From Chthoniobacterales bacterium (GTDB taxonomy: Bacteria > Verrucomicrobiota > Verrucomicrobiia > Chthoniobacterales > DASVRZ01): 64,000 nt of DNA. Below, in pieces: positions 28,632 through 36,810 of this stretch. Within the stretch, counting starts at the first letter, position 1. Each line of letters opens with the position of its first letter. Under the pieces are notes generated by a model that worked only from the letters and a program-made list of their open reading frames with translations, searched no databases and had not been told where the DNA came from. Where the stretch lies: contig JBDSQB010000002.1 of NCBI GenBank assembly GCA_039930045.1, positions 262,286 through 326,285 on the forward strand. The letters are read 5' to 3'. The position numbers and the translations under genes are program-made.

Positions 28632-28671
28632 AAAGGGCGACTGAGCAGAGCAGGAGCAGGAAAGATTTCAT
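28489..28671 (-). CDS. Small His/Glu-rich lipoprotein, 60 aa
   Basis: Strong signal peptide with lipobox (MKSFLLLLCSVALFTAC). Mature part contains HEEHGH. Last gene in line with the efflux operon. Overlaps the 3' end of the convergent flavoprotein ORF. Confidence 0.5.
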   Translation of the reverse strand: MKSFLLLLCSVALFTACERHSAEETAPLHEEHGHPEKGSQQEAPHEVPQKGGNRGGETGY

Positions 28672-28724
28672 TCGCGCTTTCTACACGGCGCGGCGGGCGG
28701 CGGGAAGCACGTTTCGCAGAAAAT

Positions 28725-29951
28725 TTACTCAAACCGCAGCGCGTCCACCGGGTCGAGGGCGGCGGCCTTGTGCGCGGGATACATTCCGAAGCCGATCCCG
28801 ATGGCGCTGCAAACGATCAAACCCACGATCGCCCAGCCCCAGGGAAAAAAGACGGACGCCTTCAGGAGCAGCGCGAGTCCATTGCCGCCGACCGCCCCGA
28901 GAATGATCCCAGCCAAGCCGCCCAGTTCGGAAATGAAGAGGCTCTCGAGGAGAAATTGCCCGAGAATGTCCCCTCGCCGCGCCCCGAGGGACTTGCGGAC
29001 GCCGATTTCCTTGGTTCGCTCGGTCACGCTGACGAGCATGATGTTCATGATGCCGACTCCGGCTGCAATCAGGGCGATGCCGCTGATGACAAAGGCCCCG
29101 ATACGAATGGTACCCGCGACCTGCGTGAAGGCGGCGGTGAGCGAGTCGTTGGAATAAATATCGAAGTTGTCGGGGTCTTCCACGCGCAGGCCGCGGACTT
29201 TGCGCATGAGCCCGACGGCGTGCCCGAGGGTGGCGTCGTAGGTCGCCTGGGTTTGGGATTGGACGGAAATGTTCAGACTCCGCGAGCTTTCGCCGAAGTC
29301 CGCGAAGAACCGCGTGATCGGGATGGCGCAGGTGTTGTCGTTCGAGCCGCCGAAGCCGGAGCCTTTGGTCTCGAAAACGCCGACGACCTGATAATTCTTC
29401 CCGCTGATGCGCAGGGTTTTGGCCAGCGGAGTCTCGTTGGGAAACAATTTATCGCGCAGGTCGCCGCCGATCACGATCACCGCGCGCGCCATGTCCACAT
29501 CGCCGGCGCTGATCATCCGCCCCTCGCCGATTGTCTGGCTGTTCGCCTGGAGAAAATACTCGTTCGTCCCCACGAGTTGCTGGTTGGGATTCGTCTTGCG
29601 CCCGCCGTAAGTCGCCGCGACGCCCCCCTTGAAAATCTTCAGGCAGACCACGTCCGTCTTGTCGCTCATCAGCCGCGCAAACTGCACGCCCTGCGCGTAG
29701 CTGATGTTGGGCCGGTTGCGATATTTCTCATTGTCGTTCCCGTGGAAGACGGGCGTGCGGGAGAATTGGAAAATGTTCGAACCGAGGAAACTGAGGCCGC
29801 TCTCGATGCTGCCCTGGAGCGCGGAAATCGCGGTCATCACGCCAATCACGGAGAAAACGCCGATCGTAATGCCGAGCATGGTGAGCGCCGAGCGGAGTTT
29901 GTTCGCGCCGAGGGAACTGAGCGCCATGCGAAAGATGTCGGAGCGTTTCAT
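28725..29951 (-). CDS. ABC transporter permease (MacB-like periplasmic core plus FtsX domain)
   Basis: N-terminal TM (LRSALTMLGITIGVFSV), large periplasmic domain, C-terminal FtsX-type 3-TM block ending DPVDALRFE. Confidence 0.88.
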   Translation of the reverse strand: MKRSDIFRMALSSLGANKLRSALTMLGITIGVFSVIGVMTAISALQGSIESGLSFLGSNIFQFSRTPVFHGNDNEKYRNRPNISYAQGVQFARLMSDKTDVVCLKIFKGGVAATYGGRKTNPNQQLVGTNEYFLQANSQTIGEGRMISAGDVDMARAVIVIGGDLRDKLFPNETPLAKTLRISGKNYQVVGVFETKGSGFGGSNDNTCAIPITRFFADFGESSRSLNISVQSQTQATYDATLGHAVGLMRKVRGLRVEDPDNFDIYSNDSLTAAFTQVAGTIRIGAFVISGIALIAAGVGIMNIMLVSVTERTKEIGVRKSLGARRGDILGQFLLESLFISELGGLAGIILGAVGGNGLALLLKASVFFPWGWAIVGLIVCSAIGIGFGMYPAHKAAALDPVDALRFE

Positions 29952-29971
29952 GGCAGTGGCGCGGAGCAGAG

Positions 29972-30085
29972 TCTTCGGGAGCGCACGCGTCTCGCGTGTT
30001 CCCTTTTGAGTCCCGCGAAAGGGCCGGTTCTCGCCATCGGACGGGACGTCCGCTGGAACACGCGGGACGCGTGCGCTCCCGGGGA
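29972..30085. repeat. Long near-perfect inverted repeat: ~27-31 bp arms, ~52-nt structured spacer
   Basis: Left arm GGGAGCGCACGCGTCTCGCGTGTTCC (29977-30002) is the reverse complement of the right arm GGAACACGCGGGACGCGTGCGCTCCC (30055-30080) with one mismatch. An inner GTCCCG/CGGGAC stem is present. It lies in the 147-nt gap between the two permease genes. Confidence 0.75.
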
Positions 30086-30098
30086 AAAGATTGTGCTC

Positions 30099-31349
30099 TT
30101 ACTCATACCTCAACGCATCGATGGGGTCCAACCGCGACGCCGACCACGCGGGCGCAAAACCCGAGACGATCCCCGTGAGCACTGAGACCAGCAGGGCGAT
30201 GAAAGTCAGCCCAAACGAGAAGCTCACGGGGAAGCTCGGGACGGCCGACGAGAGCCCGATGAACGCCGCGCCCGAGAGCACGATCCCGATGAGACCGCCG
30301 ATCAGGCAAATGGTCACGGCCTCGATCAAAAACTGCATCAGGATGGAACTCCGGCGCGCGCCGAGCGCCTTGCGGGTGCCGATTTCGCGCGTCCGCTCCT
30401 TCACGCTGACAAAGGTGATGTTCATGATCCCGATTGCGCCGACGAAGAGCGACAGCCCGGTAATGAAGATGCCCGCCAGGGCGATGCCGGTCTTGATCGG
30501 GCCGATCGTGCTGCGAAACGCCTGCTGCTCGTTGAGCGAAAAATCGTCGCGTTTCTCCGGCAACAACCCGCGAATGCGCCGCATGATGCCAGTCAATTCC
30601 TCCTTCGCCTCCAGGAGCCGCAGCTTGGATTTCACTTTCACCCGAATGGCGGCGTCCTCGTCGGCCACGAAGTATTTCTTAAGCGCGCCGACCGGGATCA
30701 CGACCTGCTGGTCCCACGAAAACAGCCCGAGGAAGGAGCCTTGCTTCGCGAAAACGCCGACGATGCGAAACAGATGGTTGCCCACTTCGATGGTCTCGCC
30801 GATGGGGTTTTCCGAGGGGAAAAGCGACGTCGCGATGTCGAGCCCGATCACGCAAACGGAGATCGCCCCGCGCGACTCGGCCTCGGTGATGAAACGTCCG
30901 CGTTCGCACTCGGTCGTGGAGGTGCGGGTGAAGTCGTTCGTGGTGCCGAGGGTGTAAACCGTGTCCACTTTGCGTCCGCCACGGGAGACGGTTTTGAAAA
31001 CGACGGGCGCGGGAACGGCGAGTTCGAGCAGAGTGTTGGGCGTGTCGGCGATGATGCGGTTGATCTGGGCCGCGTAGTCGGTGCTGATCTTCCGGCGGTT
31101 GCGAAACAGGGCGAAGTCCTCGCTCGGGCCCCACGGTGTTTTTGTGACGTAGAGCACGTCGTCGCCGAGGAGGGAGAGCGAACGGTCGAACCCGGTATCG
31201 ATCCCGTTGATCGCAGTGCCCATGAGGGTGACGGCGATGATGCCGATGACGACGCCGAGCGCGGTGAGGGAGGAGCGGGTGCGGTTCGCGAGGATTTGTG
31301 TCCAGGCGATGCGCAGGCTTTCGCCCAGTTCGTAAATCAGACGGTGCAT
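30099..31349 (-). CDS. ABC transporter permease (MacB-like periplasmic core plus FtsX domain), second copy
   Basis: Same architecture as the downstream permease, ending DPIDALRYE. Start taken at MHRLIYELGE. A GTG at 31373 is an alternative start. Confidence 0.88.
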   Translation of the reverse strand: MHRLIYELGESLRIAWTQILANRTRSSLTALGVVIGIIAVTLMGTAINGIDTGFDRSLSLLGDDVLYVTKTPWGPSEDFALFRNRRKISTDYAAQINRIIADTPNTLLELAVPAPVVFKTVSRGGRKVDTVYTLGTTNDFTRTSTTECERGRFITEAESRGAISVCVIGLDIATSLFPSENPIGETIEVGNHLFRIVGVFAKQGSFLGLFSWDQQVVIPVGALKKYFVADEDAAIRVKVKSKLRLLEAKEELTGIMRRIRGLLPEKRDDFSLNEQQAFRSTIGPIKTGIALAGIFITGLSLFVGAIGIMNITFVSVKERTREIGTRKALGARRSSILMQFLIEAVTICLIGGLIGIVLSGAAFIGLSSAVPSFPVSFSFGLTFIALLVSVLTGIVSGFAPAWSASRLDPIDALRYE

Positions 31350-31476
31350 GATAAGAATGTCACACGGAGGCACGGAGATATACGGAGGGTTTGAGGGAAC
31401 TTATCTCGCTTTTGAGTTGCATCTGAATAGGACCCATGGGGGCGGATAAGTCCGATAAAGGTGCCCAAACCCGGGG

Positions 31477-32217
31477 TTAAATCGGGATGTCGCTCTCGAT
31501 GAGGCCGTCGCGTAGCCGCACGACGCGCCGGGCGTGCTGGGCGATGTCTTCCTCGTGCGTGACGACGATGATGGTGTTCCCAGCTTGGTAAAGGGTCTCG
31601 AAGAGCGCCATGATTTCCTCCCCGGTCTTGCTGTCGAGGTTGCCCGTGGGCTCGTCGGCGAGGATGATCGAGGGGCTATTGACGAGGGCGCGGGCAATGG
31701 CGACGCGCTGACGCTGCCCGCCGGAAAGTTCGTTCGGTTTATGGTGCATTCGCTCGCCCAATCCGACCGAGGTGAGGGTGGCGGCGGCGCGCTTCGAGCG
31801 TTCCTCGCGGCTGATGCCGGCATAGACGAGGGGCAGCTCGACGTTGGCGAGGCTGGTGGAGCGCGGGAGGAGGTTGAAGGTCTGGAAGACGAAGCCGATC
31901 TCGCGGTTGCGGATGGTGGCGAGGTCGTCATCGGTCATGGCGGCGACGTTTTTCCCAGAGAACTCGTAGTGGCCCGCACTGGGGGTGTCGAGGCAGCCGA
32001 GCATATTCATCAAAGTCGATTTGCCGGAGCCCGACGGGCCCATGATGGCGAGGTATTCGTTGCGATGAATGCGTAGATTGACCCCGCGCAGGGCCTTGAT
32101 GGTGGTGTCGCCCATGATGTATTCGCGGGTGAGCCCGCGGATGTCGATAACGAGCGGCCCCGGCGGTCGGGTGGTGCGCGAATGGACTGTGGTGGTGGGA
32201 AGGGTGGTGGCGCTCAT
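31477..32217 (-). CDS. ABC transporter ATP-binding protein (MacB/LolD family)
   Basis: [36 protein letters not shown]. Confidence 0.92.
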   Translation of the reverse strand: MSATTLPTTTVHSRTTRPPGPLVIDIRGLTREYIMGDTTIKALRGVNLRIHRNEYLAIMGPSGSGKSTLMNMLGCLDTPSAGHYEFSGKNVAAMTDDDLATIRNREIGFVFQTFNLLPRSTSLANVELPLVYAGISREERSKRAAATLTSVGLGERMHHKPNELSGGQRQRVAIARALVNSPSIILADEPTGNLDSKTGEEIMALFETLYQAGNTIIVVTHEEDIAQHARRVVRLRDGLIESDIPI

Positions 32218-33537
32218 CTATTTGGATTCGTCTTTCTTCGGTTTCTCGATGGTCACAGAGCTGCCATCTTTGAGCTCGCGACTGATCGCTCCGTAGCTGC
32301 CGCTGATGATTTCCTCGCCGCCGGTGAGTCCGGCTTTGATTTCGATGTAACTGTTGTCGCTCAGGCCGGTGACGACTTTTTTCATGACGGCTTTCCCGCC
32401 GTTCTTGAGGAAGACGACGCGCTGCAGTTTCTCCCGGTCGGAACGCCCGGTGTCGGTGGTGGAACTGCCGGCCTGCTTCTGCTCGGCGTCGCGTTTTTCG
32501 TTGATCTCGGTCATGCTTTTGCCCTCGTCGCGGGTGCGAACGGTGACGCTTTGGATCGGGACCGTGAGGACGTTTTTCACGCTGGCGACCTGGATGTCGG
32601 CGGTGGCGCTCATGCCGGGCCGGAGCGCGACGCCGGGGGCAATGATCTGGATTTTGACCTCGAAATTGGTGACTTCCTCGGTGGTTTTCTCCGCGGTGAC
32701 GGTCGCCGAGCTGGCGACGTGCTTCACGATTCCACTGAAAGTCCGGTCGGGGTAGGCGTCGATGCTGATCCGCACCGGGTCGCCGAGGTGAATGGTGACG
32801 ACGTCGTTCTCGTTGACGTTGGCGCGGACTTCCATGTCGTCGAGGTTGGCGACGCGCATGATTTCGGTGCCCGCAAACTGCGCGGTGGCGACGACGCGTT
32901 CGCCCAGCTTGCTGGTGAGGAGCGAAATGGCCCCGTCGGTGGGCGCGTAGATGCTGGTTTTGACGAGTTCCTCGCGAATCTGCGAAAGCTGACCCTCGGC
33001 GCGTTTGATGTTGAAGGTGGAAGCGTTGTAACTGGCCTCGGCGACATCGCGATTGGTCTGCGCGTCGGCGATTTCACTGTCGGAGGCGATCTTTTTGTCG
33101 AAGAGCGCCTTCTGCCGCCGCAGGTCCTGCTCGGCCTTCAAGAGCTGGGCCTTGCGCTGGAGATTGTCGGCGCGGGCGGAGTCGAGCGCGGCCTCCTGCT
33201 GCTCGACCTGGGCTTGGTAAACGTCGGGCTTGATCTTGACGATGAGGTCGCCTTTTTTCACCGTCTGCCCCTCGATCACGGGCAATTCAATGATCTCGCC
33301 TGCGACCTCGGCGGAGATTTTGACTTCGAGGGCCGGCTGGATCTTTCCCGTGGCGGAAACGACTTGGGTGACATCGCGGCGGCCGACTTTCTCGGTGGTG
33401 ACTTCGATGGTTTTCTCTTTTTTGCGCCCAAATAGGACGCCGCCGATGATTAAAAAGAGAATGACTGCTGTGATCCAGAGCCAGCGCCGGCGATTTTTCG
33501 GAGGGGCTGCGGGGGGAGTTAGGGCGGAATCGGGCAT
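32218..33537 (-). CDS. HlyD/MacA-family periplasmic adaptor
   Basis: N-terminal TM (WLWITAVILFLIIGG), biotinyl-lipoyl-like hairpin, long coiled-coil region, beta-barrel C-terminus. Directly abuts the ATPase gene. Start is uncertain and could extend to 33627. Confidence 0.85.
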   Translation of the reverse strand: MPDSALTPPAAPPKNRRRWLWITAVILFLIIGGVLFGRKKEKTIEVTTEKVGRRDVTQVVSATGKIQPALEVKISAEVAGEIIELPVIEGQTVKKGDLIVKIKPDVYQAQVEQQEAALDSARADNLQRKAQLLKAEQDLRRQKALFDKKIASDSEIADAQTNRDVAEASYNASTFNIKRAEGQLSQIREELVKTSIYAPTDGAISLLTSKLGERVVATAQFAGTEIMRVANLDDMEVRANVNENDVVTIHLGDPVRISIDAYPDRTFSGIVKHVASSATVTAEKTTEEVTNFEVKIQIIAPGVALRPGMSATADIQVASVKNVLTVPIQSVTVRTRDEGKSMTEINEKRDAEQKQAGSSTTDTGRSDREKLQRVVFLKNGGKAVMKKVVTGLSDNSYIEIKAGLTGGEEIISGSYGAISRELKDGSSVTIEKPKKDESK

Positions 33538-33669
33538 GAAGCGATTTTTATTTATGTCTGGCGCGGAAACAGCTTTCTTACAGGGAACTTCTCCCGTGTC
33601 CATGCGTGCGTCCAGAATCCATTTCACCTTTAGATGCCGCGCGGCGGTATTTGTTTCAAATCTTCGGAA

Positions 33670-34599
33670 ATGATCTCCACTTCACTCAAATTCTGGGGAG
33701 TGCGCGGCTCCATCCCCACGCCCGGCCCGGAAACCGTCGGCATCGGCGGCAACACCTCGTGCGTCGAAGTGCGGGTCGGCAAGGAAATCATCATTCTCGA
33801 CGCCGGGACGGGGATTCGCCCGCTCGGGCTGAGCCTGGCGAAGGAATTTGCGGGCGTGCCGATGAATCTGACGCTCCTCATTTCCCACACGCACTGGGAT
33901 CACATCCAGGGGTTTCCGTTTTTCATGCCAGTCTATTCGCCTGCAAACAAAGTCCATATTCGCGGTTACGAAGGAGCGCGAGCCCGGTTTTCCTCGATCT
34001 TGCTCGCGCAAATGGAAAGCCCGTATTTCCCCGTCGAAATGACCCGACTCCCGGCGAACATCGACATCGAGGAGCTGAAGGAGTTCGATTTCCATGTGGG
34101 CGACATCCCGGTGCGAGCGAAATTGTTAAACCATCCCGGCGTCTGCGCGGGCTACCGGATCGAGACTCCGGGTGGCGCGATCGCCTATCTGCCCGACAAC
34201 GAGCCGCAGGTGCATCTTCGGAAAATTCAGCAGCGGCGCGGGGTCGAGGTCAGCGCCGAAACGATGGCCCGGTCGGAGCGGAATGATGCCGATCTCGTGG
34301 AATTTATTCGTGGCGCGAAGGTGCTCATCATCGACTCGCATTACACGAGCGAGGAATATCCGCATCACATGGCCTGGGGCCACGCCGACGCGGAAACGGT
34401 GACTCGCATCGCCATGGAGGCCGGCGTCGAGCGGCTATTTTTGTTTCATCACAACCCCGAGCACGACGACGCGCAGGTCGCGGCCAAGGCGAAGGCGTGC
34501 CAGAAAGTGGCGAAGGGTAGCGGGTTAATCGTCGAAGCCGCTGTCGAGGGAGCGAGCTTGAAATGGTCGTCGCCCGCTAAAATTTACAGTCGAGTTTGA
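33670..34599 (+). CDS. MBL-fold metallo-hydrolase
   Basis: LKFWGVRGS, ILDAGTG, and ISHTHWDHIQG (HxHxDH). Start taken at the ATG at 33670. Confidence 0.75.
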   Translation: MISTSLKFWGVRGSIPTPGPETVGIGGNTSCVEVRVGKEIIILDAGTGIRPLGLSLAKEFAGVPMNLTLLISHTHWDHIQGFPFFMPVYSPANKVHIRGYEGARARFSSILLAQMESPYFPVEMTRLPANIDIEELKEFDFHVGDIPVRAKLLNHPGVCAGYRIETPGGAIAYLPDNEPQVHLRKIQQRRGVEVSAETMARSERNDADLVEFIRGAKVLIIDSHYTSEEYPHHMAWGHADAETVTRIAMEAGVERLFLFHHNPEHDDAQVAAKAKACQKVAKGSGLIVEAAVEGASLKWSSPAKIYSRV

Positions 34600-35143
34600 G
34601 CGCACTCTGGAGCCGGGCGAGATAGGCTTTTTTCGACACTTCCAGAGCGCCAAACTTCGCCAGATGCGGCGTGATCCATTGCGTGTCGAGCAGCATGAAA
34701 CTCCGCTCGCGGAGGTGATCGACCAAGGCGACGAGAGCCACTTTCGAGGCATCGGTCTCGGTGTGAAACATCGATTCGCCGAAAAATGCCCCGCTCAGAC
34801 AGACGCCATAAAGTCCTCCGGCGAGGCCATTTTCGCTCCAGGCTTCGACGGAATGCGCGTGGCCCAACCGGTGCAAGGCGACGTAACTCGCGATGATTTC
34901 CTCACTGATCCACGTGTCCTCGCGCTCGGCGCAGGCTCGCATCACTGTCTCGAAATCGTGATCGAAGCGAATGGTGAACGGATGCTTTTTCAGCGTCCGG
35001 GCCAGCCCATGCGGGACGTGAAATGTGTCCAGCGGAATGATTCCGCGCGGGTCGGGCGAAAACCAGCCGATCTCCCCGTTTTCCATGCTCATCGGGAAAA
35101 CGCCCTGCGAGTAGGCTTGCAGGAGGAGATCGGAGGAGATCAC
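34577..35143 (-). CDS. aat: Leucyl/phenylalanyl-tRNA--protein transferase
   Basis: LLQAYSQGVFPM, GGLYGV, FFGESMFH motifs. 188 aa. Confidence 0.9.
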   Translation of the reverse strand: MISSDLLLQAYSQGVFPMSMENGEIGWFSPDPRGIIPLDTFHVPHGLARTLKKHPFTIRFDHDFETVMRACAEREDTWISEEIIASYVALHRLGHAHSVEAWSENGLAGGLYGVCLSGAFFGESMFHTETDASKVALVALVDHLRERSFMLLDTQWITPHLAKFGALEVSKKAYLARLQSALKLDCKF

Positions 35144-35146
35144 GGT

Positions 35147-36787
35147 CTAACCCAGATCGACCTGCGGCACTTCGGGCGGTTTCGGGTGGATGCCCTCAGC
35201 CGCCAAGATATCGAAAACATTTTCCGCCACGATCCGGTAATGCTCGCGGAAAACCTCGTCGTCCGGCTCACGGCTGAGTTTGAGGTAATCGGCGTGATCT
35301 TTCCCCAGCTTGAGCGAGAGAAAATTAATCAACTGCTCGCGTTCGCCGAGCGGTGTTCCCTCGGGCGAAACCATGCTTTGGGCGCGACGTTCACCGTCCT
35401 GGGCGAGGTCTTCCAGCCGGGTGCGGAGTTCGGAGTTGATGCTCTCGAGTTGGGCCACATAGCGGCGCAAAGATTCGTTGTCCTCGGGGGGCGTCGTGTC
35501 GGGCCAGACGCCATCGCCTCCACCAGAACCGTAACGCCCACCGCGACCACGACCGCGTTTGTCGCGTCCGCCACCGCCGCCGCGTTCTTCGAGCTGGCGC
35601 AACTTGGTGCGCGCCTGGGAAAGTTCCTGCGATTGCTGGCGAATGAAATTATCGAGCTGACGCAGCATGGCGACTGGATCGGCCTGAGTGCGCTCTCCTC
35701 CGCGACCTCCGCGACTGTCACGTCCACTGGATTGAGCCGGTTGATTCGACGGGCGATTCGGCTGGCCGGGGCTGACGTAGGGCGGATGCTTCGGGCGGCT
35801 TTCCCGGCGCTCGCCGCTGGCCTCATCTTCGTCATCGTCTTTCTCATCATCATCCTCCTCGTCGTAGTCATCATCCTCCTCGTCGTCGTCATCAGAATCA
35901 GACTCGGCTGCGGGCTCGGCGGTTTCGTCGGCGGGAGTTTCAGTGTTTTCTGGCGCGTCGGCAGGATTGCGCCGCGAGGTTTTCTCCGCAAACGCCTCAG
36001 CGATTGCCGTCGGCAAATTCTCCGGCACGGTCTTAAAATCGCGCATCAAGCGGCCCGGCCATTTGCGAATCGCCTGGGCGATGGATTGCTGCGAGCGCTC
36101 GCTGAGAATGGTGAGTTTGTCGATTTTGATCAGCCAAAGGAGAAACGCGCTTTGCGTAAATGGCGGGCAGCCGCCGGTGAAAATCGTGCTGATGGCGGCG
36201 TTGAGCAGGTGCGCGAGATCGGCGTCTTTGAGGCCGTCGAGTTGCAGGCGCAGGAGCCAGGGTTTCCCCTTGCCGACGAGGACGTTGAAGAACGACTGGC
36301 GGTCGCGCGTGGTGAGGATACCGTCCTCTCCGAGCATTTCGGCAGCGATGGCGCAGGCCCATTTGGCGGCTTGGGCCTCATCGACCTTCACGAGACCGCG
36401 CGTGATGCTGAGGCGAATGCGGCGGCCGATTTCGCCCTCGAAGGCGGGACCTTTCATCCCGGAAACGAAGAGGCGGCGGCCGTAAGGCTTCATCTCGGGC
36501 CAGGCGGCGTTCAGACCGTTGACGCTGATCGGCCAAGGCAGTTTGCCAATGGCGTCGAGCGCCTCGTTGATCTCGGGTTTGCCACCGAGCAAGGCGCTGC
36601 GGAGGAGGTCGGCGGTCTGCGTTTCGTGCGCCGGGCTCATGCGTCCGGCCTGCGCGGTGGCGACCATCTGCGGGAGCGTGGAATTTTCCGTGGGAGTTGC
36701 AGGCGAATCGGGCACAATGGGACTTGCGTCCGACTCTGTGGGCTCCATTTGGGTTTCGTCGTCGGGGGAAATGTCTTCTGAATTCAT
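35147..36787 (-). CDS. Hypothetical protein with poly-acidic tract, RGG/Gly-Arg tracts and coiled-coil segments
   Basis: 546-aa ORF ending 3 nt before the aat start. Contains DSDDDDEEDDDYDEEDDDEKDDDEDE, then SRGGRGG and ERGGGGGRDKRGRGRGGRYGSGGG. No family recognised. Confidence 0.7.
   Translation of the reverse strand: MNSEDISPDDETQMEPTESDASPIVPDSPATPTENSTLPQMVATAQAGRMSPAHETQTADLLRSALLGGKPEINEALDAIGKLPWPISVNGLNAAWPEMKPYGRRLFVSGMKGPAFEGEIGRRIRLSITRGLVKVDEAQAAKWACAIAAEMLGEDGILTTRDRQSFFNVLVGKGKPWLLRLQLDGLKDADLAHLLNAAISTIFTGGCPPFTQSAFLLWLIKIDKLTILSERSQQSIAQAIRKWPGRLMRDFKTVPENLPTAIAEAFAEKTSRRNPADAPENTETPADETAEPAAESDSDDDDEEDDDYDEEDDDEKDDDEDEASGERRESRPKHPPYVSPGQPNRPSNQPAQSSGRDSRGGRGGERTQADPVAMLRQLDNFIRQQSQELSQARTKLRQLEERGGGGGRDKRGRGRGGRYGSGGGDGVWPDTTPPEDNESLRRYVAQLESINSELRTRLEDLAQDGERRAQSMVSPEGTPLGEREQLINFLSLKLGKDHADYLKLSREPDDEVFREHYRIVAENVFDILAAEGIHPKPPEVPQVDLG
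35847..35886. repeat. Exact 19-nt duplication at 21-nt offset inside the acidic tract
   Basis: TCATCATCCTCCTCGTCGT at 35847-35865 and again at 35868-35886 on the plus strand. Confidence 0.8.
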
Positions 36788-36810
36788 GAAAAAATGGGTG
36801 TTGGAAAATC

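Noticed and set aside
28770-30185. 471-aa plus-strand ORF over the permease gene; similar long ORFs at 32182-33435, 10270-11460, 16562-17764, 60109-61191 and 61291-62409
   Set aside because: All are antisense or out of frame relative to genes with strong family motifs. All have biased R/G/A/D/H composition and no motifs. I treat them as non-coding.
34664-36781. 705-aa ORF on the plus strand opposite aat and the acidic/RGG protein gene
   Set aside because: Same antisense-ORF artefact. It contains runs such as IILLVVVIILLVVVI that mirror the acidic tract on the other strand, and it spans two real genes.
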